64,000 bases of DNA, from the NCBI GenBank assembly GCA_963924565.1, contig OZ004612.1:8618001-8682000 (forward strand), read 5' to 3'. Every line of letters starts with the position of its first letter. Position 1 is the stretch's first letter. Position numbers and translations under genes: made by a program. The notes beneath the pieces are model-generated. The model was not told the DNA's origin and ran no database searches. It saw only the letters and a list, made by a program, of their open reading frames with translations. This DNA comes from Ascidiella aspersa (taxonomy: Eukaryota). Positions 37,579 to 51,165 of the stretch are shown here, one piece after another.

Positions 37579-40500
37579 CAGTTTATTGCCAAATATGTCA
37601 AACAAATTTGCTTTCCGAGAATAATTAATTTATGCTAACAACTATCTATGGCGAGATGATTGCACGACAAACATTCATCGTTATCTTCACAAATTTATTT
37701 GGGGGTGTGGTGTGTATTTACGGCTATATTTAGTGGGCACTTTCCACGCGAAAGAAAAAAAAAACGATGTGTGCGACCGTGCCTTATATTATGTCCAAGT
37801 GATTGGGTTACAGCAAGCCCCTAAACTCACACAAAGTCGCTTTACTAAGGCCGGAATTAGCGCGTAACGACCCCGTTGTTTAGTTAGCGCCAACCGATTC
37901 CACGCCGCCGTCAAAGTCGCCGTGACCTTGAACGCAACGGTGCGTGACGTATCGCTTTTTCCGACGCGACGATTGGCTGACGTAGCTAGGGCCTCCCTGG
38001 GGAAAAACAGACGCTAATATCCGCCCTCAGGAAATCGAATGCATGAGTGCTACAGCAGCGCGCTGGGTTCACCACGATCATCGTGCTTTGTCGCGAAAAA
38101 GAACTGAAGCTTGTGAACGCAATGCAACCCGAGATTGTAGTTTGAACACGCGCATTGTAAAACGCACATTCAATTCTTTCGCCAACCAAGCAAGCGTCGC
38201 GAACAAATAACTGCGGCGCAACCGATCAAAAGGTCGCTCGCCGACTGCTGATGTTGTTGTTCCATCTGGAGCACAGGCAAGCGATAAAGCTGCTTGTTGT
38301 GCAGCGATTGCGTTCGGGGTCGGTCAGTTTGCAAACTGCTGACGATAAGAGTTGAACGGGCCAGTACGGCTTGCGCCAATTTGTGAGCAAAGCGCTTTGC
38401 CTTCGCCGCGGTTCAGCGCTTTAAGTCGGCAAACTTGCAAGCAAACGCGGACGAAGCGATTGTAGCGTCGCTGGAGAAGGAAAGAACAGTAGGGGTGAAT
38501 AAATGTCGCTGTACATTTCGAATTAATCACCAGTTAAACAAGGGCAGTGCATGAGGCTGTTTTGCAGCCTGCCTTTAGAAAAAAATAAATTAGTACAGCA
38601 TTGCGAATTCGATTTACAGTTGCAGGGTCGTTTTAAGTCACGTATACTCCAATGGCGTGTATTTCCCGTTGAGTGGCACTATATTCGTTCGTGACGTTGT
38701 TAAGCAGCGACCAAAAGTTGGAACGGGCCCGGAATAAGTGTGCTTAAGACCCCGAAATGCGTAGTCATTTGCCATTTGCTCAACAACGAACTGGCGCAGG
38801 CGAGAAACAAACGTTTCAACGACGACCCGAACAACTAGTCACCCGTCGGCCGCCTTCTGATTCCATTGCTACTTCAAAAGGCCCTGGAAGCGTTAATTAA
38901 CATTATTTCGTTTTGGCAGAGCTCGTTAACCAGCAGCTGGAGCTGAGAGACAGACACGATTTGTAGGCGTCAGAGCGACGGGTTTGGGCTAGTCGCTTAT
39001 TGGATGCGGTAGCGGTCGCAATGTGTTGCTTTGATGTCGCCTGCCTAGTTTCGTGACATGGGGTTAGGGAGTTCAGTGGGAAAACATTAAGCTCAAGATA
39101 GATTTATGTCGCTTAGATTGCAGTATCAGTAAGTGTTAGCATTTGAAAGCAGGATGCAATAAATTTATTAAACAGGAAAGCGGGTTTTTGTCAGGAAAAT
39201 GAAAGTAACTGATGTCGGGTGAAATATCAACAAATACATTGTTATAATGTTTGTTATATTTCACCATGACTTTGTGCACCAAATTAAAACTACTTTAATG
39301 TGCACTAAAAAGTCTTAAAATATTTAGTTTCAATTTATATATTTTGTGAAGTCTATGGTAAAGGAGAAAATTCTTCGCGTGTTATTATTGCATGAGGCTG
39401 CTGTAATATACTGTACGCTCAAGTTATTGCTATAACGGCGATCGTCGGAGATTGCTAAATATTTTATCATGAAAACTTGTGGCTCACTCACATAACCAGG
39501 TTGACCTGTCAGCCGCGAATTGTTTTAATCGAGATTAGCGCGAACCGCGACCAGACAGAAAACAAACATTTTTCTCGCGGCTCGGCCCGCAGTCGCCCGT
39601 TTTAGCACGTAGCGCAAACTAGGGAACCTCAGCGCACGGGAAGTGTCTGGTATTTTAAAGCTTTTTCTTAAAATCCACGCTTATAAGCGTATGCGAAAAA
39701 CAAACACTACGAAGCTGTGATTCATAAACCTGATACACTCATCGTTCGCGTGGCAGAGTCAGCTGGAGGCTGATTATTACGCAATAGTAGAGGTAAGCCG
39801 ACGAACTTACTCAAATCAAAACAAGTGTGCCCGCCTACCGAAAGTCCGCACTGTAAATCAAGGTACAGAAAACAGTTTAAATCCGAACCGCAGCGGTTTG
39901 TAACACAGAGCTGTTTGTGACGTAACAGCAGCAGCAGTTCGATAATGATTTCGAATCAAAACAGACAAGCCCGCACAGCCCTTAATCCCATTGGAGGTCT
40001 ATTAGGGTTTGTAGTTTAATGTCGACAAATCGACAAGGGTAGAAAACTGAAAAGAAAGCCGCTTGTGACGTAACAGCAGCGTCTGTTGGACAACTTAATT
40101 TAAAATAACCTTGTACCAGATAAACAGGCATTTCCCCTTGCTACCAAGCGGTTTAGGGCGCGATGTGATGGATGGGAAGTTTAAATTTAAACGACGCCGC
40201 AACACGTGTCAGTAAATAAAGATAAACGGCGACGGAATTCGTGTGAAGCAAGTGACGGACAGGGTTAGCGGAGGCGAGCAATTTCAAAAGATGCAGGAAC
40301 AAGGCCTTGCCTCGCGCAGTTCTGCCCACAGGGCGCAGCAAACGCAGCGAAACGGGCATGTTTATAACTTTACGGGCGCGCGCGGGCTATTATGCCATGC
40401 ATAATGCATAGCCACCGAGTCGCTCGGGTTTCTTTTCAATTAACGCACCTTCCGCGCGTTTTTTCGGTCGAGCCAAATTAAAAGCGGGAACGTTAACGCT

Positions 40501-42879
40501 TGTAACGTGCCCAGCTAGCTGTTTTGCGAACACAGGTAACATCATGGTAATCCGGTCTTATTGATGGAATACAAATTTTATCGAGGTAAGATGTAAATTG
40601 TTATAGACACGAGACACAAATGTACAGAGATATAGTGAAAGGTGAAATCTACTGTTTGCAAGTGTTTGCTTTTCTAGTAACAAATAACATTTTGGTTAGG
40701 GTAGTTTATCTTTGTTGCATTTCAAATATATGTAGAAGGCAAACTACTTGAAATCTTTATTAGGAAAGGGTATAATTTAGACTGGATTTTGAATAGCAGG
40801 TTCGGTTCGCATTGTCTCGGAATTTCAAAGGTCCATAAATAATGTAAACTATAGTTAGCAGACTGAAAACGGTAGCACCCACACAATAGTTCTCTGAAAT
40901 GTCACTTACATTACGACAACGACTGACCGCCTGAAAGGTAGACATACGAAAACATTTGCATAAAGTTTGAAGAGGTGCCCGTTATTAAACAACGTAAAGG
41001 TGGTCGTGCGATGTGTCAGGGCATTTCTAGGGACTATATATAAGCAATAAAGATTACATCAAAGCATTTAAAGTGGTCTGAACCGGAATGGCAATTCGTG
41101 CGTCTGTTACAAATGATGCTTTATTTATAGTCAAAAGGTTGTTTTACACGACGAACAAGACCTAATTACCGCCAACTGTGTGTAACACAAAACTCTAAAA
41201 ATGAGGACGGCGTTCTAATACTGTTTGCTTGTAATTAGTACTAGAGGCAGTGGTGATAGTAAGTCGAAAATGGTCCGGAACGGCGTTATAGTAAAATAAT
41301 TACCGCAAGTACACCGTGACAGTGAAAAGTTTTTTTACGACAAGTTTAATTATTTTGGAGTCAATTGATTCGTCGCAACCTCCTGGAATATAATGAGACT
41401 AGGAATTCAGTAGCATATTTGCTCAAATTGTCGTGCGTTTCGGTAAGTCACATTACTATCATCGTTCCTGTAAGAAAAACTTTAACCGTTCCGGTAAGCA
41501 AATTAATCTACTTTCACCTATGACTAAAGGTGTTATGACAGCTTTTAGTAGGAGGCTGCACTGATAGATTTCTACCAGCGTACCCATCAGTTCCGTATGA
41601 AACGCATTAACGACTATTGTATTCAGCGTTTAGAAGGCCCATCAATACAAATCGCTATCTCGTAAAACTTTAAAAGCGGAAGGCTTTAAACGCGTACATT
41701 AAGCGGGGTGGTATTTTGGCGCACAAGAGGAAACCCGGTCTAGCTGGAGCGGCGACGAAATTTTTCGCACCCAGTCACACAGCGGCTTAGAGGAGAAAAG
41801 TGCCTAGATTAGCTGCGCTAGGCAGGGGAAAATGAAACCCTCGACAAAACAGAATGGGCCTCTTGTGCCTTATTTGGTCGGGCGTTGTTTACTTCGGCAC
41901 GTAACGGCTTGGCGCACACAACGGCGAAAATGAATCTACCGATTGTGGTCGATTAGCCTGTGGCGATGATAAATTGCTTGAGGTCGCGCAAACTTGGAAA
42001 GGCCTGAAAATAGGGTTGGGAAATACTTCACTACATGCTGCTGAGTGCTCGGCTTCAATATTGAAGGGTCTTCAAAGAGTAGGAGAAATAGGTGCCTTTT
42101 GACAAAATATGTGGCAGTTTCGTAAGCACTTTTTTGCAGAGTTTCCGCAAAATATTAGTGGAGTTTAATTTAGCAAATAATCTCCTTGGTAAGTTGTGCG
42201 TTGAGAACTGTTTGTAAAATGCAATACTACTTGCTTATAGACAGTAGGATTACAAGCGTTGAATTCCTCGGGGAATAAACTTTACGACCATCTTCAAAAC
42301 GTTAAGAGATGTTTAAAGTACGCAATGGACAGCCTGTCGCTTCTAAAGTAAATACGTTTTCCCATAAAGTTTAACTCCTAGACATAGAATGACCTGAGAT
42401 GTTAGAGAAGGATAGCTAAACATTTAAATATAATTTAGAAAAATGCCCTGATGTCCCATTTGCTATGAGTCGATGTAAAATTGAGTAACATTGCGTGAAA
42501 TAAAATAGCATGTTACCCATTTTGTCATTGGAATTAAAATTCTTTTTGACACAGTAGTTTTCTTTTCGGCTGGGTTTCGTACTTCAGTAAAGTAATGCCT
42601 ATCGAAGTCCCAATGCCACATTAAAGGGCCATGGAAGGACGTGGCAAAGCACCGGTTACCCAAAGTCCCAATTTGCATTGGGCACCACGCGCGAGAGGAG
42701 ACAAAACACTCCCTCAAGCTTCCCAAGCTATAGTTGGCGGCGATCGCGGGAATTTCTCGAGCGCACCGAGTGATCAGCCTAAAAGCGTTAACCGAGGCGA
42801 CTATTTCGCCAGGAAAAAACGGGACTCCGAGGCACGACCGGGTGAAAAGAAGTCCGCCGAAATAACGACTTAACGCCTC

Positions 42880-43260
42880 GTCGATAAAGCAGCGGCGCGA
42901 GAGCCAAAAAACGCGATAGAGCCATCGTTGTAATAAGAAGGCTCGCGGCTGGGCGGACGAATTTGGCCGCTTGGAGAGCACAATGAGCAGCACGGCCGCT
43001 ATTTATTGGCCTGTCAACAAAGAGAGCGAGAGAGCGGCCTTTTTTCTCGGCGTAACAATGCAAAAAGGCTGTATCGCGGCCCGCGGCCCGTAGAGACGCC
43101 ATTCGCGACGGAACAGGCCAGAGTCAGGGTGTTGGATCTCTTTCTCTCTCGCGCGCGCGTTTGATATCGATTGTTGTTGTTCTTGGTCGTGTGTGTGACG
43201 TATAGAGTTGCGCCAGCTAATTTTACGACCAGTCAACTGCCGTCGGCCAAGTTGTTGTTG
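42880..43260 (+). promoter_or_regulatory. CpG-rich probable promoter / 5' region of the CDC42EP gene
   Basis: CpG-dense block with ATTGG, GGGCGG and GA/CT tracts just upstream of an acceptor (tattgcag, 43458) and the ATG at 43844. Confidence 0.45.
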
Positions 43261-43843
43261 CTGCTGTTTGTCAGGACATTATAGCAGAACGTTTTGCGCA
43301 ATAAAGCGACAGAGATTGTTGGGTTCGTGACAGCAGTTCTGAGTACAGTACGGCAAATTGCCATAGAAGGAAAATCGTTACGAGTTTTGCGTTTTTCTCT
43401 GTTGAATAAATAGCAACCGTAAAGCGATATTCAATTCAACGCGTTTGCTCTATTGCAGATTCACCGTAGCTTATTTACAATTGAAAACACATTTGGACTG
43501 TCAACTCCATCGTCCATCCATTCAAGCCTTCAAGCGACGCAAGCGCTGCGCTGAATAGCAAGTGGATTTAAATCGCCCACGACAGGAAATCAACACGCGC
43601 AAGGCAAAAATACACCAGCAGCAGCATCACCAGCCTACACTAAAAAGAGAATCGCAGGAGAAACCAAGCAGCTCTCTCCCTACCCACCTACAGCTTCAGC
43701 AGGCTTCCGATTTTCGCACCCGGGCACTTTCACACAAGGCGAACAAGCTGGCTGGCACGTTGTTCGCGCTCACTAAGGGATCCTCTCATCGCTCCAGCAA
43801 GAAAGGCCACAGCAGCAGCAGCAGCAGCAGCCAGCAGTACATC

Positions 43844-46188
43844 ATGCCGGCCAAGGCGCCCATCTACCTGAAGGCAGGCGGCGGCAAGGGCGGCAACGGA
43901 AACGGCAAGGGCGGGAAGAAGCTTCGCGAGCTGCTGTCGACCGACATGATCTCCCCACCGCTGGGCGACTTCAGGCATATGGCGCACGTCGGCCGCGGCG
44001 GCGCCGGCGACATGTTCGGCGACACTAACTTCTTGCAGGTTGGTGAGATCCCTGTTTGTCCAATAGCGCTTTAGTTTTTGTGTATTCCAAGGTGGCAGTT
44101 TAGTCTTTGCCCAGGGCGTTGTGTATTGGTTAAGAGAAAGAGTTAAGATCTCATGATCGGATTAGACTTTGCAACTTCAAAATTATCTATAGAGTTCTTC
44201 ATTAATATCTTAAAACGCGACCGGAGAAAATGTGGCTTACATTTTTCTAGCGTCTTGTGTTTATAGATAAGATGTAAAGATCAGGCATATTCGAAAAGTT
44301 GAGTGCATTTTTTCCAAGTAGTAACTCAGGAAAGGCTAAAATTCTTTTTTTTTCTCGCGTTAACTATGTCAAATCTAAAAGTCGTAAATTAAAGACTGGT
44401 TCAAACAATAGGTAGCAAATTGTTTTGCAGCAATAACTCGACAATACTCGCCCTACCTTGCGCCAGCTGTCTGATTTCGCAGATTGAAATCAGGCTGCCT
44501 AGTAACTTGTATTCATTTCTAACCGTCGCTCCTGTTTTGTTTTTAGCAAAAACTAGCGATTGCCTCGTCGGACGTTACCCACAGCAGTGACAACGTTCCT
44601 AAGGTGGTGGCCGAGGGCCTTGCTACTATGCGAAGAAACGGCAGCTTTGGCAAGAAGGGATCGAAAAAGCAACGAAATCTGAGGTAGGTCAACTTTCTGG
44701 GACTTGGAAACGCGTATATCCGTTTGAAACCTTGGTTAGGTTTGCAATACACAGTAAATACAAACACTCCGGGAATTTAAAATGCGGAGTAGCCCCGTGA
44801 TAAACATAACCAAGCACGGACTTGTAAGTCGAAGTTTCTGTCCAAGATTGAAATGGGCATACTTCGGTTTTGCTTAGCATGGTGCTTTGAGAACATGAAA
44901 CTCTTGATTGGGTTTTTTTCTCTTGGTCTGCCGCATACCGCAATGGTACAGAACACTAGGTCATCGTTAAAGAACGCAGCTACGTAATCATGGGCCATAA
45001 ACCGCTATTGTATCGTGGTGTGACTGTCAAAAACAGTAAGCCGCCAAGGCACTTGTCGCGGCGGCCCTATCGAGCTGTCGTGACCAGTCACAAAGGAATG
45101 CTACCCTTTTCGCTCACGGGCCCTCGACGGCTTTAATTGCACCCGTTTAAAAGACAGGGTTGGTGGCGAACTTTCGTGTCTCGTTGTACGTGGCGCTGGA
45201 CTTGATGGGCAGCTATTGTTGCTGGCCCGTCAAACGGTGACCGCACCTGTTGTTATTGAGGTCAGCCGTAGTGAGTGACCGGATAGTAAACAACGCACGC
45301 TGTTTCTCTGTTTGCTGACGATCTTGCTGCTAGATTCCTTTATGGCTATATTCGTAATTTCTCACTACAAAAATGTCTTTGAATCAGAAAACTAGGTCAT
45401 TACAGCTTCGTAGTAGAATCATTAAATAGCAGGGCTCTTTTAATCATATTGTTTTTTGTAAATTAATCACCCATTGTAAATTAATCACTATATGACAATA
45501 CGAGATCACTGGATTTTGCTATTAAACCCACCAACTTGAAATGTTATCAAACCAAGTGTAGGACTTAGAGAAGCACAATTCTGCAATTAGTCAAAAAGCG
45601 CCGACGAGTAATTAAACTAATTGTTTTCCCAGCAGCACTCCGGACGAAAACACGATCAAGTCGGACGTGAAATCACTCTCGGCTCAATCCTACGACGGCT
45701 GCGGTCCCATGGAGTCTCCCATCCTCCAGAGCGCATTTTCTCTTCCGCTGATCCCACAGCAGCAACAACAACAGAGCGACTCCTCCACTCCCTCTTCTCC
45801 GACCGGTAAGAGCAAGAAGAGAACAAAGAGGACGAAGAAAACGGTCAACAACAACTCCATCGCCAACGGGCAAACGCACAGCGAGGAGCGTCTTCCTATA
45901 ACCTCCACTCCGAATCCGGTGAACGTAGACGGACCTCCCAAGCCGAGGAGGATCATGGATCAGGAGCCGGATCGCCTTGGCAACGGTTTGCATGGCAAGG
46001 GCATGCCGAAAGACAAGCACAGTCCGTTGCGGCGTTCCTCCGACGTGTACACCGCCAAACCCGACGGCGTGATCCCGGCATCCTACAGTGACACTACATC
46101 ACTAGACGAGGGCTGGTCGCTCGACCTTGACCTCGGTACGTCACTAATGGATGACGTCATTGGCGTGATGGACAAGATCGAGTTGTAG
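43844..46188 (+). CDS. CDC42EP3: Cdc42 effector protein (Borg/CEP family, CDC42EP3-like), about 295 aa; exons 43844-44038, 44547-44683, 45633-46188
   Basis: N-terminus [10 protein letters not shown]; CRIB domain [17 protein letters not shown]...DMFGDTNFL; Borg-domain motifs [13 protein letters not shown] and [23 protein letters not shown] introns in phase 0 and phase 2 give 888 nt. Probably co-orthologous to several vertebrate CDC42EPs. Confidence 0.9.
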
Positions 46189-46451
46189 GGCGCCAACCGT
46201 CGCTTGAAATCCTGAGATGTGGAGCGATTTGGCGCTGGCCGCGACATCGGCCCTGAGTGCGCGGCCTTGCCGGAAAAACGTGCGTGAAACGCCGCGGAGG
46301 GATTAGACGCGTGGCAGGGTCGCGCCTTCGACGCTGCCGCTGCTGCTGGAAACTTTAACCTTTTTCTTATTTATACAATTGAGCCTCTTTTCTTTTGCGC
46401 CGTTTTCTCTCGCCCGACTAATCTAAAATGCGATTTCGTCTCCACTTAAAT

Positions 46452-46758
46452 CAGTGGTTCTCAACTTTTCATGGCTTGCGGCACCCATAAGAATTAATAA
46501 ATAGATTGCGGCACCCCTAATATATTTTTCCTAGGTAATTTACTAGAATGTCACAATAAACGGAGCTGGAACAACACACATCAACTCTACACTATATATA
46601 GGAAGTTATAATTGGATTTATTTCATTCTAATCTTACATTAAAAGTTTCAAGACTTAAGCAAAAATCAGATTTTTAACATTTTTCAAATTACTCTCGGCA
46701 CCCTTAAGCACTACAAATGGCATCCAGGGTGCCGCGGCACCCCGGTTGAGAACCACTG
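46452..46758. mobile_element. hAT (Charlie-type) MITE in the probable CDC42EP 3' UTR
   Basis: TIR CAGTGGTTCTCAAC / GTTGAGAACCACTG; TSD ACTTAAAT / CCTTAAAT (7/8); GCGGCACCC repeats. Confidence 0.9.
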
Positions 46759-49700
46759 CCTTAAATTAATCCCCCGACCGGTTGCAAAATCGTACAAACA
46801 AACACAGATTTCGGCATCCCTGAAAACCTTGTAGATACAAAAGCGGACGATCGTGGTCTCTTTCTTCGTTTCATCGTGATTTCTTTCGGCGATTTTTGTT
46901 TCTCATTTCTTTTTATCGCTTTTTCGCCAACCGAAGTTTACAGAAAGATTGTTGTTTTCTTTTGGCGTGAGTATTGTGCGCGAAAAATAACGCCATTGTC
47001 TATTTCGTTTTCGCGTTTACGTCAGAATAAAACCGTCACAGTAACTTGTATAGTTGAGTGCTTTTTGAGTGCCGCGGAATTAGGTCAACAATTGGATTTA
47101 ACTTCGGAAATAAAAAGTGGCAGGCACAAAAGTCAAATTGTTGGTGTTTTATCATGTGACGTCATTACATATTGAAGGCACAGTAAGATGACGGTTTGGC
47201 TCAGAGCTGCAATTTAGCACTTTGTGCATTTCGTGCCGTACGAGAAACGTACAATTTACCTTGGTAATGGTAAATATTGGTTGCAGTAATCCAAAAACCC
47301 AGGCAAAAACAATCAACGGCCGACAGAATGTTCACTTAAAACTACAAACACTGGACACTCGGTGATTAAGTTGATCATATTTTAACGACCGATTTACACA
47401 TTCCCTATCCTTTAAAACACTACTGGATAGTACAGTAAACAAATCGCTGATCAGTTTAGAATCGTTTTTATTTATATAAAAAATCGTCTATTGCACGCTA
47501 CAGCAGAAATCCACAAGTCTCAAATCTCTTACAAACAATTTAAGCTTTAAAATTGATTAGTGGTAAATGCAGCCCCTGTAACGGAAATCATGGCAGATTG
47601 CGAGGCAACGCAAATGGTCAGCCACTGTAACCCCCTGTTAAGACTTTTTATACTAAAAATCGGCTTATCATCGTTGGCTGCTGCTTCGCATGCAACCTCG
47701 TCCAAAAAGCTGGAGGGTCAGAAGTCTGTTTGCGGACGGTCACCCAAGCGAGACCGACCCGATAAGTGCGACGCGCATGACTGCACTTGGGTCCCGGGCT
47801 CGGGACACTTTTTGTCAGCAATCGGGGGTAAGCCGTGGACCGAAATGTGCGTGCAAGTATCTAACTCTTTCGTCTCTTGATTTTGCACGGCCTGTTGGTC
47901 TTCCGGACAAAACTACCGTTCGTAAGGCTAACTTGCGCGACCGTTAGGCGGTGAACGGAAATTTCATCTTGGGATTTTGATTGATGAGTTTTCGACAGAG
48001 ACAGTTAACGCGGTGCAACGAGAGTCAAGTGAAATTGTACTTCTCTGATTTGCTTTTGAAATTAGTTTGCCGATGGCAACACTTTAATTTAAAGCAATAC
48101 GGCAAAACAATTTCACGAAATTTCACGTCCTGAACTTGGTTTAATAAAATCACAGGTCTCTTTTGGAAATATAAAATTACCACACAGGCCATGTAAAAGT
48201 GGAGATGTAGTAGTTGTACGTATTAGTTACTTTGGTATGGGCTTACATCGGAATTCACATGTTTATACCATATTGACGAAATCTATAAAGCATGTGAATG
48301 GGAATTTACATGCTTTATATCATATTTGAGGAAAGTCACAAAGGCTAACGTGCTTTATCTTACTTTAAATACCACTCGTTTAGGGCAGGGTTTCCTAACC
48401 TGTGGGCTAATAATTTCATGAGTAATTTTTACAATTTATTGCGTAATTTTTACGAAAAAAATTATAATTGTTAACATTTATATTTTGTATTAAAATGCGA
48501 AATATAAGGTCGTTCGAGTTATGTTGATGCATTAGTTGAAAATAGCTTTAAAATTAAAAAACAATTGTATAGAAATCAATTTACGTTTTCATAATCAAGG
48601 TTGTTTATACCTATACTAAAAGGGTTACTATCTTGAAGCCTAAACATATTGAACAAGCGGCGGAAGAAATCAAAGTGAGCCTCGTTTATATTGTAGCTCA
48701 GTGGTGCGACAGAAATTCGAATCCACATACACAAGAGCAGGAACTGAAATTGGCAAAACCGACTCGGTAGGGGTTGCCAAACAACAGGCGACATCGCCAT
48801 TCGACACCGCGCGCATTCAAACCAAGCTTATATAGTTCACACCCCAGCGCGTAAAGCCCCTCGCGAAAGACCGGCGTGAAAACAGCTTAACTATGCGGCT
48901 GGATGCGGCCTCTTTAAATGGCCGTACTTGAAATAGGCCGGCTCCAATTTGCAATCCCGTTCTGTGGTCCTTTTTCTAAGCAAATTGGTTAAAACTCTTG
49001 TATTCAACCAGGATCGATATCTGTTTTTAGGTGAATTCAACGCTGGAATGAAAGCTGTTCAAAAGGCGGCAAAACGATGTAAAAATGGGGCCCAAAAAGG
49101 TGCCGGCCGTTTTGTAAGAGGCCAAAATCGCTGGTGGATATCAGCACGCATGGGTGCCGATCCAATTAAACTCCACTTATGGGCGATGTGTACAGTAAAT
49201 TCGCTGACCCAGATGACTAGCAGGTGTCTGCATAACAACACCCACTCACTTGCTTTTAAATGCCTGGAGGAGCGTCGGGCCAATGGAAATTAAACTGTAG
49301 TGGTTTGTGCTGTTTAGCGTAATATATGAGCTTTGTTGCATTTGCACGCAATAGAAGGATGATTGGCGTTACAACGGTATGTGCATGACACATTTTTTTG
49401 CGATTGCACAGTAATAGGTGATGGAAGCGTTTTTGCAGGTTATACCGCCTATTGCAGGTTCTATTCATTTTAAATTTGCTGTTCTTTCGGGAAAAGTTTT
49501 TAATGAAAAATAAGTGCTGTCACTAAAATGATTTTTATTTATGCTCGACTAAGTCTCATCTCTTGCAGCGCATTCGGCAATATCGTGCGTGGATTTTATA
49601 AAATTGTGTTCTCATCAAATATTTCTCAATTAATAAACATAAGCGTTTCGAAATTTAAATACTGCGCGTGTTTTGTAAAAGGTAATAAAATGTGATTCCA

Positions 49701-51065
49701 TCATGTATTGCTTTATAGAAACCTACAACATACAGGACATGAACAATTTTTATACAATAAAGAAATTAAACAATTTTATGCAATACACCATTCCATAGCT
49801 GGAAATTCAGCTTCAAAATTAATTTTTTTTAAATACATTCAGACAATTACCGTTTTCTATATAAAAACATCAGTCATCGGGTTAAAATCATACCATACAA
49901 AAAACATAGCGCGTGAAATTGTCAACCCTACCCAATTGCAACGAAATCTAACAAAAAAAGTCGTCATTCGTGAAACTTCGAACGTTTTTACATGGACTTG
50001 CACTCAGTATTTTAGCAAGCACAGTGCTGAAAAAAATTCACCATGCCTTGTAAATGATTTGCGAATAAATTTCTCAAGTGTGTCGGTTTCACCACGTGAG
50101 ATTAGAGCATAACGTTCGCGACGTTACAGTCAAGTATCAACACCAAATTAGGATTGGCCAAAATACGCCGCTCAAGTGCATTGTTTATCAATTCTACTTG
50201 AGCCGATGCGCTGAGCTTCGGAAATTTTGAAAAGTAAAATATAGCAATTCGTGTATTAATTTCGTCCACTACGCCTTACAAAGTGCAGTCTATCACATTA
50301 CCTGCCCCATAAAAGCTTTTGACGTGGTCTATAGTCAAACAGACAAGGAAAGAGGCGTAAAAAATTAGAAAAGACAACACATGCCTTGTGATATTAAGAG
50401 AAGTAGTATTTGAATTTAAAATCATCAACCTCAGTGTAACTATTGTTCTCACATGTTGGTTAATTATATTTACGTGTCTACGTTATTTACCACACCACAT
50501 ATATATCATCGGGGCGTGGAAATGCCATTATAGTTCCAATTCTCCTTTAAAAGTGCATAATTCCACAGCATACCTTCATCAATAACACTAATACGCAAAA
50601 CAGTGTACCCTAAACTAGATCTTTTGACATTTGCCGAGATAGGTCTCCAGACAGATATAGCGTGAACTGGATTCCTTGGCATTTGGAATAATGCCTCTCC
50701 AGACATTCCGCATTGGAAACGGTATATTCCAAGTAAACGAAGCGTTTGCTTGACTGGGGCGCTTTTTGTTGTGTAAGCCATTACCGGTGTATTGCTTTTA
50801 CGATAAATCCTTAAATGCTTTATTTACATCGTCGCATAATGCGAAATACATACCAGCGCCCTAATGGCTTTTCGTTTTACGAAGTCTGACAACACAGTAA
50901 ACAGGTCAATAAAACAGACAAAAACGTGAAGCCAAAATCGATTTTGCTAAACATAGAAACATAGCTCTATCGTTTTATGGGATAGAAATAAATACACTAT
51001 ATAGAGTGATTTATTTAAATACCTTCGGTCGCGTTTATTACGCGTATAGAAAGGGTAAGGGATGT

Positions 51066-51165
51066 TGTAGAGCCCCTTAATAGCTATTTTTGGATCTCAT
51101 TTTTTGTAGAGCCCCTTAATAGCCATTTTTGGATCTCATTTTTTGTAGAGCCCCTTAATAGCCAT
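51066..51165. repeat. minisatellite, ~39-bp unit x2.5
   Basis: TGTAGAGCCCCTTAATAGC(C/T)ATTTTTGGATCTCATTTTT repeated. Confidence 0.9.

Noticed and set aside
41868-41877. Perfect CArG box CCTTATTTGG (others at 50142 and 60133)
   Set aside because: Several are expected by chance in 64 kb of AT-rich DNA, so there is no enrichment.
42463-43236. Several overlapping 77-176 aa ORFs
   Set aside because: They have no recognisable domains or splice logic and are explained by the GC-rich promoter region of CDC42EP.
48691-48726. tRNA-like A box (TAGCTCAGTGG) and B box (TTCGAATCC)
   Set aside because: The boxes are only about 10 nt apart, with no anticodon arm or acceptor stem. At most a decayed SINE or tRNA fragment.
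51066-51165. CRISPR-like repeat
   Set aside because: The units are contiguous with no unique spacers, the context is eukaryotic, and there are no cas genes.
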